Of a stretch of 41,319 bases of DNA, positions 7,539-17,221 are shown in pieces. The stretch's first letter is position 1. The number at the start of each line of letters is the position of its first letter. The notes below the pieces were generated by a model. It saw nothing but the letters and a program-made list of their open reading frames with translations. It was not told the DNA's origin and ran no database searches. A program made the translations under genes and the position numbers. Source of the DNA: a virus (taxonomy: Duplodnaviria; Caudoviricetes); IMG/VR virus record IMGVR_UViG_3300016467_000450, positions 1 to 41,319 of that record; one strand, 5' to 3'.

Positions 7539-7649
7539 CTACCAGTGCCGGATCACGCCAGCGATGATGAAGAAGCAGGTGATGAACTCCACCGCCCATT
7601 TCAGGGCGATGAAGCGTTCATCATGCAGCTTTCGCCACAGCCGTCTCAC
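7539..7649 (-). CDS. Small membrane peptide (36 aa)
   Basis: GTG start overlaps the RNR stop (GTGA); MRRLWRKLHDERFIALKWAVEFITCFFIIAGVIRHW. Confidence 0.55.
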   Translation of the reverse strand: MRRLWRKLHDERFIALKWAVEFITCFFIIAGVIRHW

Positions 7650-10036
7650 TTGTTGAAGTCAACGGGGCATGCGCCACCAGCGCAGTCAACGTGGGCAAAG
7701 TCAACATCCTGCTTGACCTGATCCGAGTCTTTGATCGCTTGGATGATCATTTCAAACTCGTGCTTGGTCACAGGCTGTTCCGGCTGGTACTCGTAGGCTG
7801 TCGTATCAACCTGCGGCATCACGGAGCAGCAGCGGATCGTCGATTGGCCTTCGAGCAGGGTGCGCTTGAAGTCCTCAAAGCTCACCTTGGCCGGATTGTA
7901 CTTCAGGGTGTACGACACTTGGTTGCCGCGCTCTTCAAGAGGCGTAACTCCGTCTTGCTCCACGCCGGTGATCCAATACTTTTCCATCAGTCGCAGGAAC
8001 TGGTATTGCTCTTCCGGCGTGGCTTCGGCAGCCGTCACCAGCTTGTCACCCATACCCAGAGCGCAGATGGTGGGCACCGTTGGGAAGCCAACGATCGTGG
8101 TGCCGCTGTAGGTCTTGAGCTTCTTCACCGGATAGCCGAGAGCGCGGTACTCCTCGATCAGCGGGTCGTCGTTGCGGAACTGCACCCAGCGCAGGTACTC
8201 ACGCATAGAAGGCAGGTGAGCGCCTTCGGTCAGACCGAACAGCTTGGAGGTCGTGCCAGCAGGCTTCATGGTGGTGTTCGTGTGCGGAACGGCCACGCCC
8301 AGCTTGGTCGCGTACTGGAACGCCTCGTCTTGCACAGCACGCTTGAACCGGCTCAGGGTCAGCCAGAACTCTTTGGACTTTTCTTCGTCCACGATGTCTT
8401 TCCAGCCAAAGCCGAATCGTGCCCATGCGTACTCATGCAGACCAGTCATGCCGACGCCGATGCGGTTCGTGCGCTTGACTTCCTTGTGGTACAGCGAGTC
8501 CATCAGGTTCGTGCGAATCAGCGCACGGGTGGCGGTGCGGAAGCTGTCTTCAGCATCGTCGTCGTTCTGCGCATGGAACGGCACCACGTCAGCGATCACG
8601 CAGTAACCACCCAGGGCACCGAGAACGATCTCGCCGCAGGGGTTGGTGATGGTCTTGTACGGGCAAGCCTGCCAGGCTTTCGCCAGCGCGGAGGTCAGTT
8701 CGAGCGTTTCAGGGTCGAGCTTGTAGCGCTCGGACTCGGCGAAATTGCCGTCCAGCAGCGTTTCAACCCCATCATCGCTCCAAGTCAGCTTGTCAACGGT
8801 GATGATGCCTGGCTCGCCTGTGCCATCCTTGTACGCAGCTTCGCACAGGGAGTCGAACACAGCGACAGCGTGGCGTTGAAGGTCGCTGGCGGCATGAGTG
8901 AACGTCTCAGGGTCTTCTTCACGAAGTTCCACCGCATGCCAGAACTCCTTGTCCACGGTCACGCTGTTGTTAGAAGACCAGAGGAAGCCGCCGCGCTTGA
9001 CCTGGATGAAGTCCAGCACATCAGCATCACGCCAAGTTTTCGTCGCCATACGGGCGGCACGACGAGCGCCACCCACCAGCACACACTCGGCGACGTAGTG
9101 GTCGGCGTACATCGCGGCACGCCACGGGGCCATACCAGCGTCACGCAGCTTGGCCACATTGGTCAGCGCAGTCATCATCGGGCCAGGGCCGGAAGCGGGA
9201 CGGTTCTGCATACCGGCGATCGGAGCGCCACGCGGACGCACGTCGCTGAAGTCCATGATCAGGACGGTTTCGCGCTCGGTGCCCTTGAACGCCATCAGTT
9301 CCATCTTTTCGATGGCTTTCGCCCAGCCTTCACGACTGTCAGGCACTTGGAACACTTCGATCTTGCGGCCGGCATACAGGTGCTTGGCCGAACGAATGTC
9401 CAGGGCGTTGATTTCGCCCGTCTGACAGTCCTTGTGATTCATGGCGATCGTGCAGACGGTGATCGGCAGGTTGTTCAGGTTGGCCTGGATCATCGCGTTG
9501 TCGTAAGAGCGACCGACGCCGGAGCCGTTGAGCAGCAGGTAGAACGTGAGGAAGGTGGATGCGGCCGTCGAGCAGTTGGTGAAAACCTCCATGTTGCGCA
9601 GCGGCTGGGTGGCGTCACCATGTTGCAGGTGGCGACCCGACATCAGGATCGAAGCCTGGCGCAGATGGTGCTGCATGGCGTGGAACTCCGCGTCTCGCTC
9701 TGCCTGAGTGGGGTGCAGCAGCGCGTTGCCAGTAGCCACGCGATTCGCAACATCCGCCCAGGTTTCGACCTCGACGTGGCCAACGACGTTCAGGTTGGCC
9801 TTGACGATCAGGTCGTCGCCATACTCGACGGTGTAGCCGTCGATCACCTTGTTGTTGGACTTGCACCACTCGTCGATTTCATGGTCGAGAGCCATGTCGT
9901 CGCGGCGAGGCACTTCGATCGGCAGGCTGTACTGCGGCACTTCACGCACGATCTTGCGGTTGATTGTCCGGTCGGCGACAGCATCTCCGATGCCTTTGGC
10001 GTAGCTGCGTGCCGGGGTGAGGTAACTATCCTTCAT
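7646..10036 (-). CDS. nrdJ: Ribonucleotide reductase, probably class II (adenosylcobalamin-dependent)
   Basis: FTNC, SNNSV, TNPCGEI, KPAGT, C-terminal CAGGACP; no adjacent beta subunit. Confidence 0.85.
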   Translation of the reverse strand: MKDSYLTPARSYAKGIGDAVADRTINRKIVREVPQYSLPIEVPRRDDMALDHEIDEWCKSNNKVIDGYTVEYGDDLIVKANLNVVGHVEVETWADVANRVATGNALLHPTQAERDAEFHAMQHHLRQASILMSGRHLQHGDATQPLRNMEVFTNCSTAASTFLTFYLLLNGSGVGRSYDNAMIQANLNNLPITVCTIAMNHKDCQTGEINALDIRSAKHLYAGRKIEVFQVPDSREGWAKAIEKMELMAFKGTERETVLIMDFSDVRPRGAPIAGMQNRPASGPGPMMTALTNVAKLRDAGMAPWRAAMYADHYVAECVLVGGARRAARMATKTWRDADVLDFIQVKRGGFLWSSNNSVTVDKEFWHAVELREEDPETFTHAASDLQRHAVAVFDSLCEAAYKDGTGEPGIITVDKLTWSDDGVETLLDGNFAESERYKLDPETLELTSALAKAWQACPYKTITNPCGEIVLGALGGYCVIADVVPFHAQNDDDAEDSFRTATRALIRTNLMDSLYHKEVKRTNRIGVGMTGLHEYAWARFGFGWKDIVDEEKSKEFWLTLSRFKRAVQDEAFQYATKLGVAVPHTNTTMKPAGTTSKLFGLTEGAHLPSMREYLRWVQFRNDDPLIEEYRALGYPVKKLKTYSGTTIVGFPTVPTICALGMGDKLVTAAEATPEEQYQFLRLMEKYWITGVEQDGVTPLEERGNQVSYTLKYNPAKVSFEDFKRTLLEGQSTIRCCSVMPQVDTTAYEYQPEQPVTKHEFEMIIQAIKDSDQVKQDVDFAHVDCAGGACPVDFNK

Positions 10037-10072
10037 GGGACTCCTTGTTGTTGTTGAAAATTCGGGACGGCG

Positions 10073-10096
10073 ATTTTACGGCAGTCACTACTGACT
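10073..10096 (-). promoter_or_regulatory. Operator in the promoter spacer upstream of RNR
   Basis: AGTCA-ctac-TGACT at 10083-10096; TAAAAT on the minus strand at 10073-10078. Confidence 0.6.
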
Positions 10097-10112
10097 TACC
10101 ATATAAGGACGC

Positions 10113-10595
10113 TTACCATGCGTCCGTGATTCCTGTTGGAAGGTCTGGGCTTCGAGGCAGAACGTATTCATCCTGTGCAACCACTGTCACTCGCGGAACA
10201 GGGGTGTCTACAAAGGGTGCGTTGTGCAGGTTGATCGGCGGCGCGACGAACTTGACCACTCCGTAGTCCTCGCCTCTGCGCACCAGCGTCGTGCCGTCAG
10301 GGCACTTGATCTGCGTTTTGCCAAAGTCCTTGCAGCGAAGTCCGAATCTTGTTCTGTCAGATACTGGATCGGACTGTTGAATGACGGACAGGTATTGGCA
10401 GCCTGCGCAACCGGGAGCTTCACGCTCGACCGCCTTGTGCATTTGGCGAAGCACTCTCTGCACCACGTCAGTCATGTCGTTGGCGAAGTGCATGTCGAGG
10501 CTGCTGACGGACATCTGCATCGTCTTCGCCGCCATGCTCTCCTGCCTGCGCCACTCCTCTTTGACTACAAATTCGCCTAGATCAATATCACTCAT
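10113..10595 (-). CDS. Hypothetical Cys-containing protein ending ...ITDAW
   Basis: 160-aa ORF with CAGC...C...C, possible Zn site. Confidence 0.7.
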   Translation of the reverse strand: MSDIDLGEFVVKEEWRRQESMAAKTMQMSVSSLDMHFANDMTDVVQRVLRQMHKAVEREAPGCAGCQYLSVIQQSDPVSDRTRFGLRCKDFGKTQIKCPDGTTLVRRGEDYGVVKFVAPPINLHNAPFVDTPVPRVTVVAQDEYVLPRSPDLPTGITDAW

Positions 10596-10601
10596 GCTTT
10601 A

Positions 10602-10620
10602 ATTCTAGTCACGGGTGACT
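10602..10620 (-). promoter_or_regulatory. Operator overlapping -10 TAGAAT
   Basis: AGTCA-cggg-TGACT at 10607-10620; attcta at 10602-10607. Confidence 0.6.
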
Positions 10621-10625
10621 GACTC

Positions 10626-11195
10626 TTATACGGCAGGAATCGCAGCCTTATACATCGCCATCACAGACTTGAACTCGGCCGACTTCAGCCCTGCCTTGAT
10701 GGCGTAGCAGGCGTCTGCCAGGTGTTCGTTGTCGTTGACGAGCTTGACTTCGCCTTTGACCTTGCGCGTCAGCCATTTGGCTTCAGGGAACTCCTTGACG
10801 GCTGCCGCGATCATCTCCGACTTCTCTGCGGTCTTGTAGCCGGTGGCGGCCAGCTTCACTTCGCCTGGCGTCACCTGAATGATCGGGATGGGGCAAGCCG
10901 CCAGCACACCGATGCAGATGCCATAGGACGCCATCGCTCGGGCGCTCTGTGACCCGACGGGCACTTCCACGAACGCGAACGACGCGCCCTCCACCGCTTC
11001 GATCATGCCTTCGTAGAGCAGCGTAGCGCGGCGCAGATCGTCGGAGTTCTTGCGAACCGTCTTTGCCTTGGTCGCGTTGTCCTCGGACTCGACCAGGCGC
11101 ATGCCTGTGATCTTGAAACTCAAGTCCTGCGGGTTCAGTTCGGCGCTCACGATGCCGAAGTTGCGCAGCGACGGGTCAATGCCAATGATTCTCAT
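10626..11195 (-). CDS. RuvC-like Holliday junction resolvase
   Basis: IIGIDPS, FVE, P.EVK...TG...AEK, EHLADA catalytic pattern. Confidence 0.85.
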   Translation of the reverse strand: MRIIGIDPSLRNFGIVSAELNPQDLSFKITGMRLVESEDNATKAKTVRKNSDDLRRATLLYEGMIEAVEGASFAFVEVPVGSQSARAMASYGICIGVLAACPIPIIQVTPGEVKLAATGYKTAEKSEMIAAAVKEFPEAKWLTRKVKGEVKLVNDNEHLADACYAIKAGLKSAEFKSVMAMYKAAIPAV

Positions 11196-11411
11196 TTACC
11201 ATGTTTCCTTCTCTAGTGTTTTGGGTTTGTCCGATCGGACGGATTCAGAGATCGTGGAGACGGTGAGCGCGACGAGACTGGAGTCTCTGTTGGCCAGGGC
11301 GTTCACCAGCAGTCCAAGGTTTTCATCGTTGAGAAGAAGCTCCAGCGTCACCTTGGTGCTGTCCTTGATGGAGCGCTCATAAACGGCGTGCTCAAAGTGC
11401 CCCTTGATCAC
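11196..11411 (-). CDS. Hypothetical protein ending ...EKETW
   Basis: GTG start overlaps the upstream TGA; abuts the RuvC-like start. Confidence 0.65.
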   Translation of the reverse strand: MIKGHFEHAVYERSIKDSTKVTLELLLNDENLGLLVNALANRDSSLVALTVSTISESVRSDKPKTLEKETW

Positions 11412-11881
11412 CACGATCCGAAGCCTTCGTACTTGTCATAGCGGTCAGCCATCGCCTCACGCTCTTTGTCGTCAGCCGCTTTTTTTCGGCTGTCACGAAG
11501 TCGCTCAAGGATTTGGCCCATGTTCTCTTTCATGAACTCCTTGAATCCGACCAGGCTCTTCTCGGCTTGCGTCTCGTCCATCTCCATAAGGTGATAGCTC
11601 GCCACCATCACGGGCTTGAAGACGTAGATCAGCTTGCCGCGCTTGCCGACATACGCCTTGTGCGGCGCAAAGTCCTCAGACCCGACGTGCGGAGCCTTCG
11701 AGTAGCCCTTGTCCTTCAGCACGGTCAGGGTCAGCGGCTCACCGAGCATGAATGTCTCTTCCGCCTTGTCGAACGCCAGCGTGATCTGCGCGGCGATCGC
11801 CTCCATTTCAGAGGGTGCTGCGTCCTCAATCTTTGGCTCTACTGGTGCCATTTCTGCTGCCTTTCTCTTGAAAGTTTCCAT
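11408..11881 (-). CDS. Hypothetical protein ending ...EGFGSW
   Basis: Track ORF 11408..12001; start likely ATG 11881 because TATACT and an operator lie at 11906-11926. Confidence 0.75.
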   Translation of the reverse strand: METFKRKAAEMAPVEPKIEDAAPSEMEAIAAQITLAFDKAEETFMLGEPLTLTVLKDKGYSKAPHVGSEDFAPHKAYVGKRGKLIYVFKPVMVASYHLMEMDETQAEKSLVGFKEFMKENMGQILERLRDSRKKAADDKEREAMADRYDKYEGFGSW

Positions 11882-11905
11882 GTAGGCTTCGTGCCCACCA
11901 TATTT

Positions 11906-11926
11906 ACTCACTTGTGACGTAGTATA
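11906..11926 (-). promoter_or_regulatory. -10 box TATACT followed by a degenerate operator
   Basis: actca-cttg-tgacg at 11906-11919; agtata at 11921-11926. Confidence 0.5.
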
Positions 11927-11969
11927 TCCAGGCGTCTTGAGAAATTCGTTGACGACATCCGCGAAGCTC

Positions 11970-13916
11970 TTAGGCCGCGACGGCTCCTGAAACGGTTCCA
12001 TAGCCCTTCTCCTTCGTCACGGTAATCACGTTGTCGATCCAATCGGACAGCGAGTTGTGGCTGATCACCAGAACTGTGCCGCGCTCCTTCGCTTTGTCGT
12101 TCAGCACCGTCATCAGGCGCTCCAGACCGGACTCGTCGAGGGCGTGGTCAACCTCGTCCGCCACGAAGATGTTGATCGGCTTGGTCGCTCGTGACGCCAC
12201 CATGTCTTGCAAAGCCATCGCGCAAGCCAGGCGCACCTTGCGCTTCTCGCCGCCCGAAAGACCCTCGAAGGACTCCGCACCCTTGTCGTTGACGACTTCG
12301 ATGCTGAACTTCTCCTTCAGTTCGCCCTTCGCGCTCTTGGTCAGCGTGTTCCAGACTGCCTTGATGTTGCCGTCAGCCAGCGCCGACAGGTAGTGGCTGG
12401 TGCGGTCGTTGAGGTATGGCGTCACCGTATCCAGAATGTGCGCTCGAACGCCGCTGGGGCCGAAGACCTTGACCACGCTGTCGGCAAGCGCAACGTCCTT
12501 CTCGGCCTCCTTGAGAGTTGCCTCCATAGATGCCACAGAGGCTGCGGTCGCTCTGAGCCGAAGTTCAGTCGCCTCTTTCACCTTCGTATAAGGATTGTCT
12601 TTGGTCAGTTCCAGCCTGGCGGCCGACTTGATTCGCTCAATCTCAACCTCCATCGCTGCGGCTTCTTTCTTCAGCTTCTCGATCGCAGCCACTTCGTCTT
12701 GCAGAACCGTCTGACGCGCAGCCATTTCGCTCACGTCTGTCATCTTCACTTTGTACGCAGTGGCAGCGTCTGAAGCAGCTTGCGTCTCATCCTTCGCGGT
12801 CTTGAGTGTTGTCGCAGCTTTGCGAAGTTCAGCGGTGGCAGTTTCAAGGTCGGCTTCACGCAGCTTCTTGGCCGCTTCAATGTCGTGTTCGCAGTACGCT
12901 TTGCCGCACTCGCCGCAGGGCTGGCCAACCTTGTCGCTGATCGTGCGCAGCGCCTCAACGGCATTGGTATGAGCTTGCTTTGCGAGGCGCGCAACCGCTT
13001 CAGCCGTCGCAAGCCCCTTCTGCTTGACCGTAACGACGGCATTCAGGCGATCCAGTTCCTCTCGCTCGTGCTTGACCGCCGAGAACCGGACGGAGATGTC
13101 CAGAAGCTCCTTGCCGCGATCGAGCGCCATTTCGTCAGCGATCTTGGTTCGCAGGGCGTCGAGCTTTGCTTGAACAGGCATCACGCCGGCAAGCAGTGCC
13201 TTCGCCTGGGGCTTGCGACCGTCCTCAAACTTCGAGACTTGATCGGTGGCGTTTCGCAAGTCTTCTTCCAGCGTCTTCTGAATGGTCAGGGCGCTTGTGA
13301 GAGTTGCCCTGGCGTCAGTCTCTTTGCGCGTCGCCTCGTTCAGCTTTTCGCGGGCCTTCGTGTGCGCCCGAGAAAGCACTTCGACGCCGGCCGCCTCCTC
13401 GATCATCAGCTTCAATTGCTTGTCCGTCATGGACGGCAGATCGGGCATCTTCTCCTGGCCTGCATACACAGCAGCCTGAAAGACTTCGAGCGAACAGCCG
13501 AGCAGCTTGTCGATGACCTCCTGCGTCTCACGCTCGGTGCCTTTGTGCAGGTCGATCGGCATGGTGCCAGGGACCGGATGCTTCTGCTGGACGAGTGTCT
13601 GGTTCTTATACGTGGAGTCTTTGCGGTATCGCGTGATCCGATATTCGTCTTTGCCGTCCTGGAGACGAATCTCCACGCAGCAGTCCTTCTTAGCCTTCTT
13701 GTTGACGACAGCATCGGTGCTGACGCCTCGCGCCGTGACGCCATAGATGGCCCAACAGACCGCATCGGCGATCGACGACTTGCCAGCGCCGTTCGAATCC
13801 GCAGACGTATCGTCCTTGTTGTCGCCCTGGATCAGCAGCAGTCCACGATCGGCGAGGTCGATCTCGGCGGTTTGAATGGTCAGAAAGTTTTGGATGATGA
13901 CCTTGGTGATGTTCAT
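11970..13916 (-). CDS. sbcC: SbcC/Rad50 (gp46-like) SMC ATPase
   Basis: NGAGKSS Walker A, coiled coil with CGEC hook, LSGGE signature, VADE Walker B, ISH. Confidence 0.92.
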   Translation of the reverse strand: MNITKVIIQNFLTIQTAEIDLADRGLLLIQGDNKDDTSADSNGAGKSSIADAVCWAIYGVTARGVSTDAVVNKKAKKDCCVEIRLQDGKDEYRITRYRKDSTYKNQTLVQQKHPVPGTMPIDLHKGTERETQEVIDKLLGCSLEVFQAAVYAGQEKMPDLPSMTDKQLKLMIEEAAGVEVLSRAHTKAREKLNEATRKETDARATLTSALTIQKTLEEDLRNATDQVSKFEDGRKPQAKALLAGVMPVQAKLDALRTKIADEMALDRGKELLDISVRFSAVKHEREELDRLNAVVTVKQKGLATAEAVARLAKQAHTNAVEALRTISDKVGQPCGECGKAYCEHDIEAAKKLREADLETATAELRKAATTLKTAKDETQAASDAATAYKVKMTDVSEMAARQTVLQDEVAAIEKLKKEAAAMEVEIERIKSAARLELTKDNPYTKVKEATELRLRATAASVASMEATLKEAEKDVALADSVVKVFGPSGVRAHILDTVTPYLNDRTSHYLSALADGNIKAVWNTLTKSAKGELKEKFSIEVVNDKGAESFEGLSGGEKRKVRLACAMALQDMVASRATKPINIFVADEVDHALDESGLERLMTVLNDKAKERGTVLVISHNSLSDWIDNVITVTKEKGYGTVSGAVAA

Positions 13917-14965
13917 GCGATCTCCATGCGGGCTTCGGCCAGAATGGCCTGGCAAGCCTTGTCAAGTTCTTCTTTGTTCTCGAAGTCGGCGGACTTGATG
14001 AAGTCCGAGACGCTGACTTCGATCGAGGCACCGGCCTTCACAGTCGAAGCGGTGCGCGTCACGCCAGTGTCGGGCTGCGCGATGATGGTCACGCCCTTTG
14101 CGCCGCTGTCGATCAGGAACGAGCGCAGCTTTTCCAGGTCGGCCGCCTTGCCGCTGTAGGTCTTGGCGCGGACATAGTTGCCATCAACGATCAGAGCAAT
14201 GTCGTCTTCGGACATGGTGCCGTCCACTTCGACGAACTGCGGTGCGCGTGTGGAGCGCCAGTTGACATCGCTTCCGTCAACGATCACGAAGCCGGCCTTG
14301 GTTCCGATGTCACCCCAGGTTTGATGCGTCAGCGCGCCGATGCTCCAGACCCGATCCGCCAGCTTCTTGTGGTGGTGGTAGTGGCCCGCGAAGATGCGAT
14401 TGAACTTCAGTCCCGTCAGGTAGCCGGCGTCCAACCCGTGATTGGGCAAACCTTTGATCACACCGTCAATGCCTGCGTGGATGATCAGGTCGCAGTTCGG
14501 CGCGTCGGTTTCATCCTGGAGCTTTTCGAGCGTCTTCTTCAGATCGGCGACGTTGCCGATGTACGGCACAAGCGCCAGCGACTCTTTCGGCAGGATGATC
14601 GGCTTGTTGACGACGATGCAGCCGACTTCCTTGAGAGCGGTGATGGCAGAGCCGAGTTCGTTGGCGTCGCGCCCTTCGAGGTCGTGGTTGCCTGCGTTGA
14701 TGTAGATGCGGAAGCCCATTTCTGTGAGCTTCTTGTAGAGTTCCAACGTCGGGTTCAGAACCGAAGGGGCCACAGACCCGCGAACGTGGAACAAGTCGCC
14801 AGCGTGAATGATGGTGTTGCCGCCGGCTGCACCAACCTCCATCGCGCAGCGCAGCGTCTCGTCCAGAATCTGCTGAAGGCGACTGTTCACGCCCGACGAG
14901 AGCGTTGTGGCAAACGACGACCAGTTGTGATGGTGCGTGTCCGAGATAAGGCCAAATGGTTTCAT
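13913..14965 (-). CDS. sbcD: SbcD/Mre11 (gp47-like) nuclease
   Basis: SDTH, AGDLFH, GNHD, GHYH phosphoesterase motifs; ATGA-coupled to SbcC. Confidence 0.9.
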   Translation of the reverse strand: MKPFGLISDTHHHNWSSFATTLSSGVNSRLQQILDETLRCAMEVGAAGGNTIIHAGDLFHVRGSVAPSVLNPTLELYKKLTEMGFRIYINAGNHDLEGRDANELGSAITALKEVGCIVVNKPIILPKESLALVPYIGNVADLKKTLEKLQDETDAPNCDLIIHAGIDGVIKGLPNHGLDAGYLTGLKFNRIFAGHYHHHKKLADRVWSIGALTHQTWGDIGTKAGFVIVDGSDVNWRSTRAPQFVEVDGTMSEDDIALIVDGNYVRAKTYSGKAADLEKLRSFLIDSGAKGVTIIAQPDTGVTRTASTVKAGASIEVSVSDFIKSADFENKEELDKACQAILAEARMEIA

Positions 14966-14973
14966 GTTTCTCC

Positions 14974-14987
14974 TGTCAGTCGTGACT
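14974..14987. promoter_or_regulatory. GTCA-N4-TGAC operator at a gene junction
   Basis: tgtca-gtcg-tgact between the hydrolase stop and the sbcD SD. Confidence 0.6.
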
Positions 14988-15394
14988 TATGCTTGGCGGT
15001 AAAAGATGTGGCGGCCAAGCGCGACGGTCTTCTTCAGGTCGCGTCTCCAAATGGGCTTCACATCGACCGTGTGGTAATGCGTGGCGTTGCCTTTGGTGAA
15101 GTCGCTGATTCGATGATTCAGCACAACTTCCGCAATTCGCTTTGCCTTGAACCAGGCGTAGTCGTCAGTGGGTACGCCGTTTTGTTTGACGTAAAAGCGA
15201 CCGCCCTGCTCTTTCACCATCTTCGCAGTCCAAGAGAATTGCCTCTTGGCCGTCACGGTCTTGCAGACATTCTCTTTGGAACCTGCGCGGTTCAGCGTGA
15301 CTTGAGCCACTGCGTATTGACCGGGAATCATTTCCCCGCGAGCCTCGTGATAGATATTGAGCGCCAAACACAGTAGCGCGGTTTCCATAATCAT
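14987..15394 (-). CDS. Cell wall hydrolase (SleB/Hydrolase_2 family)
   Basis: CLALNIYHEARGE, VAQVTLNR, QFSW, ATHYH, HIFY. Confidence 0.9.
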   Translation of the reverse strand: MIMETALLCLALNIYHEARGEMIPGQYAVAQVTLNRAGSKENVCKTVTAKRQFSWTAKMVKEQGGRFYVKQNGVPTDDYAWFKAKRIAEVVLNHRISDFTKGNATHYHTVDVKPIWRRDLKKTVALGRHIFYRQA

Positions 15395-15447
15395 TCCATT
15401 ACCTTTCATCTTCGTTATTGTTATCTTAGCGACCGACCCCAGGGCTT

Positions 15448-15810
15448 TCACCGGAGACGCATCGCGGCATCGACATTCTCCCAACTCGAAGATGGCGTGA
15501 TCTTGAATCGGTTCAGCGGCAGGCCGCGCTGGAGAATGTTGTCGGGGTTGACGAATGAGTGGGGGCCGAACCAGTCTTCGATGCTGGTCAGGAAGAAGTA
15601 GGTCTTCTTGCCATCACGCACGGCGACACCGGCTGCGGTGTACCCGCGAGACTTTGCCTCCTCCAGCGCGATTCGCTCGATACACCAAGCGTTGCGCTTC
15701 CTATAGATAGCGCTGTACCGGCGGTGTGCCAGGTAGCAGCCTCTGCCATCATCGAGTTCGTAGAAGCAGCCACAGTGTTTGAAGTTGACTTTATGTGGCT
15801 GAAACTTCAC
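15448..15810 (-). CDS. Hypothetical protein
   Basis: 120-aa ORF with GAGGAG SD, 1-nt overlap with the upstream gene. Confidence 0.7.
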   Translation of the reverse strand: MKFQPHKVNFKHCGCFYELDDGRGCYLAHRRYSAIYRKRNAWCIERIALEEAKSRGYTAAGVAVRDGKKTYFFLTSIEDWFGPHSFVNPDNILQRGLPLNRFKITPSSSWENVDAAMRLR

Positions 15811-16157
15811 TACTCGATTCTCCTCAAACTAATGACAGTGAAAATCTTCTTCGGGTTGACCAAATGGGGGCCATAGATACGCACGATCGTCCGATATAGA
15901 CTCTGCGCCGGATTGTCCGAACCCCGCCCAATCTCGGTATGGTTGTCCGCTCCATATAGAACGCACAATTCATCCAAGCTGCCGACCGCCACAGAAAGCA
16001 CTTTTGCTTTTCCGATGACGACCTTTCTCTTCTCGTCCATCAGGAATACTTCAATACCTTCGGGCAGCTTTCCGAGCCTGCGGCCCATTCTGAAGGTATT
16101 GAAGTCTCCATCAATCCCATTGATCGGCGGGATGAAACCGATGACCGGAATCTCCAT
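15810..16157 (-). CDS. Hypothetical protein (possibly ASCH/PUA-like)
   Basis: ATG 16157 with GGAGG SD; FNTFR.G and IGKAKVLSV pattern. Confidence 0.65.
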   Translation of the reverse strand: MEIPVIGFIPPINGIDGDFNTFRMGRRLGKLPEGIEVFLMDEKRKVVIGKAKVLSVAVGSLDELCVLYGADNHTEIGRGSDNPAQSLYRTIVRIYGPHLVNPKKIFTVISLRRIE

Positions 16158-16204
16158 GAACCTCCCTACTTGAGTTACCCAAGTATAGAGGTTCATTTAA
16201 TCGG

Positions 16205-17212
16205 TCAGGTTGGCAACATTTTCACCAGTTCGGAGAACTGACCTTCGTCGCGGATTTTCTCAGCGAGCGCCTTGACGAAGTATTGTTTGCCGTCGATCCA
16301 GGTAGCGCGAGGCTTGCTGTACGCGATCAGCTTATTGGCGATCAGGTATTCCAGCAGGCTGACGATCGTGTCGAACTGAGCCACGCCGGCATCGTCGAAG
16401 GTCATTCGCAGAGAAGTCTCCTGGAACGGCTTCGTCATCTTCGACTTGGTGCATTGGATAGAAATGTTCTGCCCAATGAACTCTTTGCTCCCGTCCTGCT
16501 GCTCCATGATCTTCTGACGACCGAGCGCCAGTCGAACGGTGGCGTAATACTCCATCGCTTTGCCGCCAGGGGTGGTGCGAGGATCGCCGTAGACGACGCC
16601 AGGCTTCAGACGCAGTTGGTTCAGGTACAGGAAGGTCGCATTGAACTCCTCGCAGTGCTGGGCCATCGCCTTGAGCGTCGTCGAGGTCACGCGAGCCAGC
16701 GCCGTCGTGTCGTTCATCGTGTACTCGTCGATCTCCTTCTCGGCCTGCGACTTGGGCAAGGCTGCGGCGATCGAGTCGAACACGAACAGAATGGGCGCAT
16801 CTTCGGCGATGGCCTTGCTCTCACGAATGAGCTTGCAGGCTTTCGCAGCGACGACGTTACCCTCCTCCCAGGTCTTCGGCTTGGCGTAAATCCAGTACGG
16901 ACGCTCCGCCTTCAGACCGAAGCCTTCGGCAAGGCCCACGTCGAACGAGCGCTCCCAGTCGATGAAGCCGGCGACGCCGCCCATCTTCTGAGCTTGCACC
17001 ATCCACTGAGTTGCCAGCGCGGTCTTACCTGTCGAGGACTCACCGAACATCTCCATCATGCGACCGAACGGCAAACCGCCGTCGTAGCGGCCGGACATGA
17101 TCTTGTTCAGCGGAGGGAAGCCGGTGTCGATGAAGTGGCTGACTTGCTGGTTGCCGGCGTTCTCGCCGATCTCTTTGTCGAGGACGTTGATAAGGTCGTT
17201 AAGGGCTGTCAT
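16205..17212 (-). CDS. recA: RecA/UvsX-like recombinase
   Basis: GGLPFGRMMEMFGESSTGKT, FVFDS, NQLR, TPGGKA. Confidence 0.93.
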   Translation of the reverse strand: MTALNDLINVLDKEIGENAGNQQVSHFIDTGFPPLNKIMSGRYDGGLPFGRMMEMFGESSTGKTALATQWMVQAQKMGGVAGFIDWERSFDVGLAEGFGLKAERPYWIYAKPKTWEEGNVVAAKACKLIRESKAIAEDAPILFVFDSIAAALPKSQAEKEIDEYTMNDTTALARVTSTTLKAMAQHCEEFNATFLYLNQLRLKPGVVYGDPRTTPGGKAMEYYATVRLALGRQKIMEQQDGSKEFIGQNISIQCTKSKMTKPFQETSLRMTFDDAGVAQFDTIVSLLEYLIANKLIAYSKPRATWIDGKQYFVKALAEKIRDEGQFSELVKMLPT

Positions 17213-17221
17213 GGGGTTCTT

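Noticed and set aside
7539-7649. Counting the ...IRHW peptide as a member of the Trp-tail group
   Set aside because: Its tail is basic and follows a membrane helix, unlike the acidic small-residue-Trp pattern.
7691-10057. Long plus-strand ORFs (788 aa here; also 16283..18187, 20009..21505, 12780..14159, 5173..6252, 23503..24687)
   Set aside because: Antisense shadows of well-supported minus-strand genes, expected from GC3-biased codon usage; no motifs or SD.
14987-15394. Lysis cassette
   Set aside because: The SleB-like hydrolase sits among recombination genes with no adjacent holin or spanin.
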